From Botryllus schlosseri (lineage: Eukaryota), in contig CM119376.1 of assembly GCA_051294905.1 (NCBI GenBank), positions 12,586,001 to 12,650,000 of the forward strand: a stretch of DNA of 64,000 nt, read 5' to 3'. The notes below the pieces were generated by a model, which worked only from the letters and a program-made list of their open reading frames with translations, was not told the DNA's origin and did not search any database. Both the position numbers and the translations under genes were made by a program. Positions 12,601 to 23,592 of this stretch are shown here, one piece after another. Numbering within the stretch: position 1 is the stretch's first letter; every line of letters starts with the position of its first letter.

Positions 12601-14386
12601 AGTCTCGACTGGTTTGTTGTTAAATTCTGCGTCATGTTGATCTCACTGCGATACCATTTAAAACATGATTATCCGCTGCCTATTCACATCAGTTTCTTGC
12701 TGGAGTACATTACTAAAAGGAGTCTTTTATGTCTTTGAAATTATACTTGAGTAGAATGCTGACTGCTTTGGCCAACTCTTCTGGCCAGTAACATAGCACT
12801 AATTAGAGAAGTGGTTCTGCCCAACTTCTCAATTCTGTGAGCAAAATTACTAATTCCGACATTTTAGAGTTGCTCGAGTAGAAAATGGAATTTGGACACA
12901 TTTGCATCAATTTTTGGACTGTTTTTCACAACTGCCATTCCCGCTGGTACTTTTGACCAGCATTGCTATTTTTTGAATACCATACATCAGTAATTACTTG
13001 GACCGTCTATGAAATAGAAAACAAGCATATATTTATTACTGCACTATGGAATAGAACAGTGGTTCTCAATCTCTTCGACCTCGCGGACAGGTGAATACTC
13101 TATACAAATGTTGCGGACCGGTGAACCAATAAAAAATCAGAATTATCCTTGAATTTGAATACGACAAATGTAACATAAGAAACTTCATTCAATACTGCCT
13201 CTTTAGCATTAGATATTCATTTGTGGTTCTACTGAGTTTCTACAAAGCAAAGTCTATGTAGATTTCATATGTGATTTGTTTGTGCCAAGTCAATAGGCCT
13301 ACTTAATAACAGTTTCGTTCAATACTTGCACCTATTATGACACCATAAAGACAAACACGTACCACAATTCCGTATCAATTCAAGATTTGATGTTCAATTT
13401 CTCTAATTAATGGACAAGTATCCACCTTTTAGCATTTTCAAGTTGAGATACAAAATTCTAATAAATTTGGCAGACCAGCGGTTGAGACCACTGGAATAGA
13501 ATTCAAGCCCTTTGCAGCTATGTACCAACAGGGGACAAAACTTTGCATATTTAAATCAAAATCCTGCTAAGCTCGATAATAAGCAAATAATTCAGACCAG
13601 CACGGTGCATAGAATCCAAAAGATACCTGATATCGGGAAGCGGAGCATCAAAATCCTGAAATTCTTCAACCAGGTAAATTTGATTACGTGGAGCTTCGCG
13701 GCTGTCTTCAGGTAAATCCACAACACCCGGTCTACAGTTATCGAAACGAAAGATAAAACAGTTTTCACAATGTGAACAAAAAGCATAAGTACCTGAAGGC
13801 CATCTTTATTTTGACAAAGGCTTCATTGCAGTCGGCTAAGAGATATTTGGCTTTCCTGTTGTAAATTCGTACAACCCCCAATAACAGATGGCCTGATGTT
13901 CGAAGAGCCATTTTGACCTGCAAGTCACAACATTCTTCACATACACAATTACGGCAACAATGGGCCAAATGCAATGGATTTCTTTCAAATAAGGCAGGAT
14001 TTTACAAAAGTAATGACTCAAAACTTGCACGAATTTGATCGGAGGAATGCATATAACAGGGGTAACATCTGGACTGAAAATAAACAAGGCATCGAGAAAC
14101 AGTCAAAGGATTGAAATTGACGCAAAAATTTGTTTGCAACCAGCGATATCTCTGTAATATAACAGACTAACAAACTAGCTCAACTGTGGTTGAAAGTATT
14201 GATGTGCTGAAGATATATATATCGATCACAGCATCAATTCACCTGCGGGCTGATGATGGTTTCCACAGAAGCTTCCAGATTGGTCTCAAAAACGTGAGCC
14301 TTGGTCAGCTTTTTGTCCCAGTGAGCAGCCAGCCATATCCTAGCAAGCGGCCCGCGTTTGCTCAGCACAAAATGAGCGTAAAACAT
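6620..14386 (-). CDS. RAD21: Cohesin kleisin subunit RAD21/SCC1, about 673 aa, 14 coding exons
   Basis: Exons (minus): 14386-14243, 13917-13793, 13731-13627, 12645-12455, 11504-11421, 11364-11281, 10896-10808, 10691-10454, 9625-9402, 9112-9020, 8956-8786, 7604-7409, 7136-7051, 6811-6620. All introns are GT-AG with consistent phases; total 2022 nt. Motifs: [115 protein letters not shown]. Confidence 0.97.
7668..8093. repeat. AGTAGAAGTA-rich dispersed repeat family (probable hAT-type MITE remnants)
   Basis: Similar AGTA/TACT motif-rich tracts recur at about 7200-7290, 35400-35520, 35940-36030, 39150-39350, 52150-52420 and 63290-63400. Boundaries are approximate and no TSD was confirmed. Confidence 0.35.
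8681..8740 (+). ncRNA. Degenerate minimal type I hammerhead ribozyme (same family as 35746 and 48266)
   Basis: Stem I TTACAC(8692-97)/GTGTAA(8726-31); core CTGATGA 8698-8704; G8705/C8713 closing loop CATCAGT; GAAA mutated to AAAA; shared downstream CAATATGAA. Lies antisense within a RAD21 intron. Confidence 0.6.
9690..9866. mobile_element. hAT MITE (177 bp) in a RAD21 intron
   Basis: TIRs CAGGGTTGTAA / TTACAGCCCTG; 8-bp TSD CCTAGAAG / TCTAGAAG (7/8); GACTCGA subterminal motifs shared with the 5-kb element at 20275-25237. Confidence 0.85.
13057..13493. mobile_element. Charlie-like hAT MITE (437 bp) in RAD21 intron 3
   Basis: TIRs CAGTGGTTCTCAA / TTGAGACCACTG and perfect 8-bp TSD GAATAGAA. 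Internal similarity to about 16420-16730. Confidence 0.9.
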
Positions 14387-14393
14387 GATCGCT

Positions 14394-14410
14394 CTGGAAA
14401 GTTTTCTATT
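14394..14410 (-). promoter_or_regulatory. Splice acceptor (cis or trans) 7 nt upstream of the RAD21 ATG, preceded by an AATAGA poly(A)-signal variant
   Basis: Minus strand reads AATAGA-AAAC-TTTTCCAG|AGCGATC-ATG. Confidence 0.6.
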
Positions 14411-14643
14411 GGGATAAAAAGATGGCTACTACTACGGAGTACGTGGCATGAGTAAGGTTTGAAAAATCCCCTTTTAAATACAGAGAGAAATACATCATTG
14501 TTGATACAAAAAATTCAAATCCCAGACAGATTTCGTAGAGGCTTAAAACACCAAAATAGTACGGTACAGCCGTACACATGCAATTACACTCAAGGAATAA
14601 CTTCATCGCGGCTCAATATGCAAAGCACACCAGTCAGCTACGA

Positions 14644-14649
14644 TTTATT
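14644..14649 (-). promoter_or_regulatory. Candidate poly(A) signal of RBM8A
   Basis: AATAAA on the minus strand about 160 nt after the RBM8A stop. Confidence 0.5.
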
Positions 14650-14807
14650 TTCTTCAAAATCGACAGTTTGGAAAATTCAATACATTGCTACAGCTATGAC
14701 AATCAAGGACTTTTGAAATATGATCATGCAATTTCCAAAATTACCATGCCATAGTCCCCAAGACTTTCGAGTTTCGGACTTTGGATTTTGTCCAGAGTAC
14801 TAAAATT

Positions 14808-15296
14808 TCACCTACGCCGTCTACGGTCTCTGCGATTGTCTTTTGTGGGTGGTTTAACAAACGCCCAATCAACGGCTATATTCTGCCCAAGCAGGTCTGT
14901 GCCATTGAGCGCGTCAAGGGCCGATTGTGCTTCTTTTAACGTCTCATATTCAACAAGAGCATATCCTTTCAAATATCCCGTCCTTCTGTCGAGGTTAAGA
15001 TGGAGGTTTTTCAAATCACCGTATTCGCCAAACTTGTCATACAAGTCATCTTCGGAAGCTTCCTCGTGGACTCCGGTTACAAACAAAATCCAACCTTCCA
15101 CGGATCTCTGAGGACCGGGTCCACCATCTTCCGTGTCCATGGCTTCATACTTTATGTCGGATCTGCTTTGAGAATCACCGATGCCGCGGCCCTTCCTTCT
15201 TTTTGCGCGATCCTTCAGTCTTTCGATTCCGACGTCACCATCTTCGTCTGCCGCAAACTCTTCCCCTCCTTCGTGAATGTCAAGGACATCGGCCAT
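14808..15296 (-). CDS. RBM8A: RNA-binding protein 8A (Y14, exon junction complex core), 162 aa, intronless CDS
   Basis: Single [12 protein letters not shown]...[61 protein letters not shown]...IAVDWAFV; a classic Y14 RRM. Confidence 0.97.
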   Translation of the reverse strand: MADVLDIHEGGEEFAADEDGDVGIERLKDRAKRRKGRGIGDSQSRSDIKYEAMDTEDGGPGPQRSVEGWILFVTGVHEEASEDDLYDKFGEYGDLKNLHLNLDRRTGYLKGYALVEYETLKEAQSALDALNGTDLLGQNIAVDWAFVKPPTKDNRRDRRRRR

Positions 15297-16396
15297 TATT
15301 AGGATTTTATAGGATTTCTAACAAATGCATAACATATTTAATTCAATAAGATTATAGAAGATGACAAAATTCCCGGTGGAATCGAATCTCTGGTAAGTTT
15401 TCCACTATTATTTGTGGGTGATGGGAATTAGAAAGCCTACATTTTGCAGTGTGTCAGGACGCCAGTGCAGTGCATTTTTCAATGCAACATGTCAACCTAG
15501 TCTCAATATACACACAAAACTAAACGGTCAACGGAAGTCTATAGTGACAGTAGCACTATAAACAAATTGATAGCATCTGTGATGACTGATGAGGTAAACC
15601 ACCGAAAGGAGGCGAAGTTTGGAAATATATCTTTCCAAACTTTGCAAGGCGATATGATTTCATTCATATCACTGATAGGTCCCAGTAAGGCACCGTAATA
15701 GTGACAGTACCACGATGCCCAGTAAGAGATTGCCGTCACACGTCACTCCACCGTAAGACGTCAATGTCGTCAGTCATAGAAGACCATGTCATACCAGCCA
15801 TATCTAAGCTGATAACTCGTATCAGAATACTGAAATCTCGGGTCAAGTGTAGAATACGGGTTAGCTACCTGACTAACCTAAAAACACGCAATATCACACA
15901 ACGTACACGAGTTAACTATATCATATACAGGTATAATTCATCCCGCATTACCACACAATCCGTGCGCGCCACTAAAAACAAGGCTGGCGGCTCCGAAGCC
16001 GGGACGCTGTTTAAAATCACGCCCTCATGCGGAAGAGCGTATACATAATCAGCACCATTCCCGCGTGCATTCAAAATACCTCGATAAGACAATGTGGAAA
16101 TAGTATCGATGACGTACGATCACATTCGACAAAAGCAGTGTAGTAGTTCCCAAACTTCTTATCTTATTTGGGTTATATTTTTTCATCTGATCATGTCACA
16201 CACAATATACAATGCCATAAGACACAATGTGATGTCATGAACAGATAGGAGGATATCGAACGACACACATCGCAGACTAGATGACCTTCACGGTCTTATC
16301 GATCATTCCTATCTAATACCGAATACTGTGCACGCATATTTTCTGTACCACCATCACTGCCGTTTGTTATGTATTTTGGTTCGATGAAAATAAAGA

Positions 16397-16415
16397 CTCT
16401 CTCTCTCTCTCTCTC
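16397..16415. repeat. (CT)n microsatellite
   Basis: Direct reading. Confidence 0.9.
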
Positions 16416-16726
16416 ACATCGCAGCCCGTCAAAGCTTCAAACCAAATGTTGCGGACGGTCAATCTTCAAAACTCAAAATTCCCACTCATTTTAATTACGA
16501 CAAATGTATCCAATTCGAAAGTAATATCGTAAACTTCATTTAATGCTGCCTTCTTCAGTGGCGTCCTTCATGTCCCCCGTCGTCTCCCAATCCATACCAA
16601 TTTACATGTTGAGTGTGTTCTGTGTTGGTGAGATGATTGAAACATACTGACTGATACTAGATATTTATTCGTGGTTCTATTGAAGTTTCTGCAGAACTAA
16701 GTTCGCGAAGTATTTCATCATTATAG

Positions 16727-16765
16727 TCATCATCATCATCATCATCATCATTATCATCATCATCA
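16727..16765. repeat. (CAT)n microsatellite
   Basis: Direct reading, one interruption. Confidence 0.9.
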
Positions 16766-16912
16766 CCAAACCCACAGGAGAAAATGGATTTTGTGGCCAG
16801 GTTTCAATTCCTTCATTGGGACAGGGTAGGATGAAAATTCAGGAATTTATATTTCAAACGACTGTTAACTAATTTGCTGAGACTGATAACTCCAAATCCC
16901 GTATGTTTTGCA

Positions 16913-16943
16913 CAGGGATATCTAGAACTTCTAGATATCCCTG
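16913..16943. mobile_element. 31-bp palindromic TIR-only hAT-like micro-element
   Basis: CAGGGATATCTAGAA-C-TTCTAGATATCCCTG flanked by a perfect 8-bp direct repeat GTTTTGCA (16905-16912 and 16944-16951). Confidence 0.8.
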
Positions 16944-17889
16944 GTTTTGCATTTCGAAGTCGCCCTGATTGACCTTGCTATCTCCGACATCTCATTTTCC
17001 AAAAAAAAAACATCTCTAAACAGCAATATGTTTGGATCGGCAGTCTATTGGCAATTTGACAACAAAATGAGTTTACACAGTCGGATATTTCATCTCAGGC
17101 GACCATTTTGATGTAATAAAGTCCTAATAAAGCTTTTAAAGCAATTATGTTGTGCATCAGGGCTGACGAAGTGCTGTTACGGCCCTCCCTCTTACCCATT
17201 GTCTTTATTGCAGTCCTTACAATATGAGGTGGAGGGTGCTAGAGCACGTTAATTTTTGAAAGGGGGCGGTGGAGGGGAAAAGGTTAAGAACGACTGCGAT
17301 AGAGCAACGCCGTGCTGACTAACATGGGCGATGCTCATGGTTACCACTAAAGCAGTAGGCCAAAATTTTATTGAAGTAGTAGGCTACAAATACAACAAGA
17401 AATATCACGATCATAAACAAACGTCATTTTATTGAAACGATATTGCGGCTAGCCAGACATGTTATAGCTGAAAGACTATCTCATCCTAAGATTGATCTTG
17501 TGGCGATGTCCTATGCCATTTTCTAAGCGTTTCTGTCTTGGCAATGTCTGGGCCACAGCATGTCAAAACAATATGCTTGATATCAGCTGACTCTTCATCG
17601 ATGGAATGCTGTTGCCATCGCCGAAGCCGTTTCAGCTATTGTTGAATAGTGTTGTTTGTTGGGCACAGGCGAATAGCGTATCTTGGAACAACAATAATAA
17701 TCTGGATCTGAAATCAATTGTAGCATTACAAAATGCTATATTTCGCGCATTTCCAAAATCGCAAATCAGATCGCCGGCCGCGATTGCGGTGACCCCTCGT
17801 ATAGTACAAAACGAGTCAAGCTTGGTGTACAGACGTTAACCATTCTCGTGGTTACGGCAATGGGAATGCACTGTGATTCGATATGAACT

Positions 17890-18060
17890 GATTTTTGCTG
17901 TATTCATTTCCCATTCGCAATTTCATTCAATTTCCAAGTTTTTGCGAATTCAGTAATTCTAATCTAATTTGGAAAAACCTGAGTATCTCTAATTCTAATT
18001 CTAATCTAATTTGGAAAAAACTATGTAGCTCTAATTCTAATGTATGTATAAACAAGAATT
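17890..18060. repeat. Dispersed repeat family C (CTAATT/AATTAG-rich), partial copy
   Basis: Shares TTTT(C)GCGAATTCAG(T)AAT and TCTAATTCTAATCTAATTT motifs with 45846-46205 and, inverted, 34230-34505. Confidence 0.6.
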
Positions 18061-18148
18061 ATTTGAAATTAATGTTACGCATGACTGATTTGACTATTCG
18101 TTGCTAAACTCCAGATCCCATTTGATTTGGAGAAAGATCAAGAGCATT

Positions 18149-18302
18149 TTAGAAAGTCTTGAAAGGCTATCTGGACCTTCCTTGCCCAGCGGCATATGCA
18201 TCTTGCTCTAATGGTGTTCTTGCACAGATCGTGTGTATGTATATCAAGAGTCGTTGTATATGACGCAAAATAAAAGACAAAAATATACCACGTCCTATTC
18301 CT
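18149..18302 (+). mobile_element. 5'-truncated copy of the SINE at 19823
   Basis: Aligns with the SINE 3' half (TTAGAAAG..AAAGGCTAT..CCTTG(C/T)CCAGCGGCATATGCA..GCACAGATCGTGTGTATGT..CGTCCT). Confidence 0.8.
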
Positions 18303-19763
18303 AACTCTTCTCAATACTCAAATGCAGTTTTCTTCAACTGTTTCCTCGCGGTACACCCTTTTAACGTTTACTCGAAACTCGTACACCCCTGACCACATAA
18401 CACACTGATTCCATAGTAAGACCGATCCAGGGTCTGTCAAGTCTTTTTGGTATACACGGCTGCATTTCGATTACATGTCTAGAAAACGGCCGCACTCCAG
18501 CGGAGAGTCGTCATGGCCCATATGGACGACATATACTCATATAGGGAACTCCGCACGGCCGAGAGCATTTGTGGTATTATGTGACATCTCTGAATTCTTG
18601 AGACATAGCTTGCGTATAAAATATGCTCTGACTTATAGAAGGAAAACATCCCGGTGGGCTAACTGCTTGTGCTTGTGCACCAAATCGCGAGTATAGAAGT
18701 GAAGAAAAGTTATTGGGATTCAGTCACTATAGTCGCGAGGAGCGCCGAAACTTTCTCCACCTCTGAATTTCGTCGGTAGTTTCGCATATTACACTACGGT
18801 TGGCTATTTATCCATTCACAGCCCACGTGATCAGATTCACCGGTAGGCATGATGGAAGAGATGTCTTCGAAAATTTTGGAACAAAATTAATGATGATTCA
18901 TCTTCCGCTTACTAATATTCACTTTGTTGCATATTGTTATTTCTTGACCTCCCATCAAGATACCTGTATAGTCAAAATATATCAAAAATCGCGCAAACGT
19001 ACCAGGTAAACCTTCATTTGTGAAACTCACACGATTCCAACTGAGAATTTTTTCATACGGCGCATTATTCTCCTCTGTGGTTCACATTGTACGATGGATG
19101 AATATCCAGGTCACCCTGAATAGCGCTAAGCGTAAAGAATATTTTTGATTTGAGTTAAGATCTCTCAAAGATTTTGGAACGAATTTGTTAACTCACATTG
19201 CATATTGACGGCCACATACACACGCTAATTAATTAATTATTTTACGGCTGTATGTGGCTACACGTCCGTAGGTTGGCCACTCTAGGCCTGATCGAAAGAA
19301 GGCAGCAATAAATAGCAAATGCTAAATACCATTCATGGCTCCACTATCTAACACAGTGGCTCATCCCTTAAACCTCCTGGCTATACGCTCCGGCAGCTGT
19401 GTGCACTGCGCTATATTTACGAGGATCTCGCTGGAGTACCGATTCAAAATGTTTGAGCTATCGCTGCGGTTTCCTCGCAAGCTGAACATATTTTAACTCT
19501 ACGGTGTCCTGCTCGAAAACGAACCAATAGGTCCATAGGCCTACCCACTGTTGAATGATGAGCAGAAACATTTGCTCATGATATCTCAAATGGAATGGAA
19601 TTTAGCACCGGAGTACATTAGAAATGCATTTAACATAACATGGTATGATATTGCACATGCACATTGCACACCCTGTCAGCCTGTTTTGAAGCATAAACTT
19701 GTGTAGGCCTATTTATTGTGATAGCTAGTCATCAGTCCATTGTAATGCGGATCTGGTACACCA

Positions 19764-19820
19764 CAGTATACAGTATACAGTATACAGTATACACTCAGTG
19801 TTATACAGTATACAGTATAC
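19764..19820. repeat. (CAGTATA)n short tandem repeat
   Basis: Direct reading; abuts the SINE 5' end. Confidence 0.85.
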
Positions 19821-19822
19821 AA

Positions 19823-20154
19823 CCGACAAGATAGCGTAATGGTGAAGCGTCCGGCTTCTTGATCGGTAGGTCGTGGGTTCGATCCCGGCCGGGTCAGACC
19901 AAAGACCTGATTAGTAACACTGGTATCCATGACTCCCCTGCTTGGCGCTCATGCATTACTGGGATAGCATGGAGGGGTGGTGCATGACTTAGAAAGCCGT
20001 AAAGGCTATATCTGCACTTCCTTGTCCAGCGGCATATGCACATCATGCACTCATGGTATGCATATGCACAGATCGTGTGTATGTGTATCATGAGTCGGTG
20101 TATATGCCGCAAAAAACATCAAGGACAAAAATAAACTACGTCCTTCCTTCCTTC
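19823..20154 (+). mobile_element. tRNA-derived SINE, central domain resembling MetaSINEs
   Basis: Pol III A box TAGCGTAATGG (19832-42), B box GGTTCGATCCC (19876-86), then CCGGCCGGGTCAGACCAAAGAC...CTCCCCTGCTTGGCGCTCA-GCATTA and a (CTTC)n tail. Confidence 0.85.
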
Positions 20155-21251
20155 CCATCCCAGTGGTACACCCTCGAAAGCCTCGAAACCCTCCTACTCA
20201 AAACGGGTTGCGGGTCACTTTTCAAATTTCGTAGAGGCCGCGGGCCGCAAGAATGCGATATGGAGACAAAATAGCAGGGTTGTAATGACTTGAGTCATGA
20301 CTCGACTCGAGTCACGATTATTTTGTGACTCGACTTGACTCGAGTCATTTTCTTGAAATGGGAAAATGACTCGACTCGACTCGACCCAAGTCAATGACTC
20401 GGCTTATTTTATATGACTTGAAGATGAATAAATTAGCGAATCGTAACGGCTAGTTCAACACATCTGACGAATTCTGCCGACATCGCTATTTGTCACCACT
20501 GCTTTCGTTGCACTCGTCTGATATCAGATATACCGCCGCAAAAACAACATAGTGTCCTATAAGGTGACGACACAACCAAATCTCACGCCTCAGAAATTGA
20601 TTCACGTCACAATTTCCATTTAGCTACAGGCAATTTGAAGGTCATTTTTGACCGGCTTACCGAGCATTAAATTTGGTAAAACGAGTATCAGTCGAAAGCT
20701 GACTCTGCACTGATTATTCCGCTCGTGGCCCTGGAACCGCCACAATCAGCCTCGGATTTTTCGTCGTTATGGATATCGGCATTGGGACGCAACAATGCTG
20801 TTTGGCTGTTTTGCTCTTGAGCTACTCTCTCGTTTCGCCAGACAGCATTGTTGCATCCCAATGCCAATCAGTGTCGTACCAACCCTGCTCTCACTCTACA
20901 ACCATGTAATTAGGCACGCTCTCACTGTCAATTACTTGCGCGCATTACTGGAAGCATTGAAAAATTTTCTTTTAAAGCGTTTTGCAGGAGTGTTTGTAAA
21001 TGTGAACATGATCACAACTGATGGATTGGCCTATCGGTAATCCCAAACCGTTTGGTGAAACCATCTTCTTCACATCATGCGTGTTCGATCCGAAATTTGC
21101 TTTCCATTGGCTTATGGATCTAAATTGCTCAGAACAATCCCGAATTGCACTGCGGCAGAAAATAATCGAGTTGATGATGACTGAGGCTGACACTCATTCA
21201 TACAATATGACCAGTCAAGGTACAAAATAATCTGACGAAGAGGTACTAGAC

Positions 21252-23592
21252 CAGTGGTTCCCAACCTTTTTGTCTTCATTCTCCACTTCAGATTTATTCC
21301 GAGCCTTCATTCCCCACCAGGACCGTAAACGCGCGAAGCGCGAAAAATTTATATAATTCATGTTTGAATCGGTCAATATGATCGGGAATTGCATATATTT
21401 TGCTATCAATTTTTTATCCACTCTCTGCTCACGTAATCAGATTTACAGGTAGAACTGAGTGAGGTGTGTTGGAAAAGGTAAGACCCCTAAATATGAATTT
21501 AACGTCTTCGGGCAGACCCGTGGATATATTGACTATATTACATGATGCTATTTCGTGACCTCCAATATCTGCTATGTCAAAAGATATGGAAATCGCCAAA
21601 ACTAAAAGGCACGCGTGATTTCAAATTGGTATTGCTTTACTGGCGAATAAATTTTTCCCTGCTGGATGGCATTTGTCCTGGGGGTTCAGATCGCCAGGCC
21701 AGAAACATTCGGCGCCAGCCATTTAGCCGCCTATGGATGATTAAACGTATATGTATAATGTATATTGTATAATATATATATCGAGGTTTTCGGTCACCAC
21801 AAGGGCATTCCTTCTCGGCCAAGGTCTTCCCGCTGGTAATCGTTCTAGCACACTTCTCGTAGTCCCATGTTACATGGCCTATTCTATAACTTAATATGTC
21901 TTGGTGCGTCGTGGCGCAGTAATGGCCGACACCGAAGTCTCCATTTCTATAAATTCTACGTATTTTCGTGGGGGAAGGGTACCCAATAATCAAAATATTA
22001 GGCAATATTAAATCGCGCGCCCAGCGCAACAAAAATTTTGAATAAGTGACCTAAATTTCCAAAAAAATACTCTATAGTTTATGTTAATTCATGAAATCGT
22101 TTTGGACCCCTTCGAGCTCGCCCCTGCAGTTACGGTCCTGTTCCCCACTGCCACTACCCAACATTTTTGTCATCACAGAGCAGCTATTTGCTGGTTTGAC
22201 TACAGAAGACACACAACCACACCAGTACGCAAGACAATCGCCTATAACTGCAACGTAAAACGTATTGTGAGCCGATGTCAGTAAAGGGTAGGTCACACGG
22301 TACCGAAATTCACTAGCGACTTCGTTTCTTTCTTTGCTCCACTCCTTCGCTAGCGAGCGCTTGCGGGGTCGCTAGCAAGGTCGCTAGTCAAGACGCTACC
22401 GACGCGTTTCACTCGCGAGCTCGCTAGTGAATCTTGTTGTGACAGTATTACGTCACAGCGGAGAAAAAGTTATTGTGAAATTGAGGGATCAGTTGTTCGG
22501 AAACCTCCGTCGTGTACGGACCTAGCCTAGTAGGTGATACATTGTTGCATACGGACCTGTATGGCATTTGTAATAACAAAAACAAATCTTATGACATTCA
22601 AATAGGTGAAAATGTTGGCTCTTATTGCAACAACAAGAACTCAAATGTTTAATTTAGAACACAAGGTATGTAAATTGATAACGACAAGGGCTATGCAATG
22701 ATGGACGAGGAGATTACAAAATCTGACCCAACTCATGCTTGATATGAAGGGATCCGGGCTTTCACTGGATATTTTATCACGCCGATCTCTGATTTGATCA
22801 TCGTGGTCACTTCGTTCATCAAGCAGCCGTTGTGCCCTACAAAGCTCTCCGCAACTGACCAAAACCAAGCCAATCGCAGTTGAATAAATCACTATGATAC
22901 CGCATTTGACTGCTGAAATATGTGTTCTGAATGCCACTTCCAATGAAAGTACACTATTGCCTCCGCAAATAGCTGTCAGTAATGCTTTGAACTGTGTGTG
23001 CAATGTGCATATAGCATTTTATTGTTGTTTTCAACTTCTACCATATCACCCGGTCAGCTAACATATCTTGGTTGTACGCGGAATACCTTTTCGTATGATG
23101 GCCAATGTTAAACCTTTGTAATAAATAATAAGTACCGTACCGGCGCAGTTTCTCGCTCCGAGAAATACGTACTGTACTCGGTTAACCTTTTCCCATCCCA
23201 TCATGACGTAACACTCGTCTTAGTGAAAAAGTGAGATTATCGCGAGTGATGTCGTTAGTGAATATTGTACGTGTGGCCTACGCTTAACGCTCAAAATTTC
23301 CAGAAAGCATTATTTCACGTCAAACTAGTTGTGCTGGATGCGTTTGTGACGCCATTATTGGCAATTCAGAGGTGAAAATGAGGTTTTGTGAACACCGCGC
23401 AATATAATTTTCGATACAAACATTCCAGAGCGGTTAACTGGTAGCGGTAATTGCGCAATGCGCAATTGCGCATGTGTCTCCGTGAATATGAAGACTGTCC
23501 TGTTGATAATTTTGAGCAAACGCGTCTATTCCCCACCAGAAACCACTGAATTCCCCACCAGTGGGGAATTCCCCACCGTTTGGGAACCACTG
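21252..23592. mobile_element. Charlie-like non-autonomous hAT element (2341 bp) nested in the transposase gene
   Basis: TIRs CAGTGGTTCCCA / TGGGAACCACTG and perfect 8-bp TSD TACTAGAC (21244-51, 23593-600). Confidence 0.92.
22285..23284. mobile_element. PIF/Harbinger-type non-autonomous element (1000 bp), innermost layer of the nest
   Basis: TIRs AGGGTAGGTCACACG / CGTGTGGCCTACGCT (13/15) and 3-bp TAA TSD (22282-84, 23285-87). Confidence 0.8.

Noticed and set aside
15586-15607. CTGATGA-GGT/ACC-GAAA as an intact hammerhead
   Set aside because: No stem III partner followed by NUH and no adjacent stem I pairing; kept only as part of the structured-segment finding.
17400-17710. Exon-like minus-strand segment ending near AATAAA
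   Set aside because: The best frame has an internal stop and no recognisable family; it sits in a transposon-rich interval.
19823-19890. Functional tRNA gene
   Set aside because: It has A/B boxes but no proper acceptor stem or terminator and continues into a SINE body with a second partial copy.
22641-23003. 120-aa ORF inside the Harbinger-type element
   Set aside because: No DDE or Myb/SANT motif is recognisable; treated as incidental.
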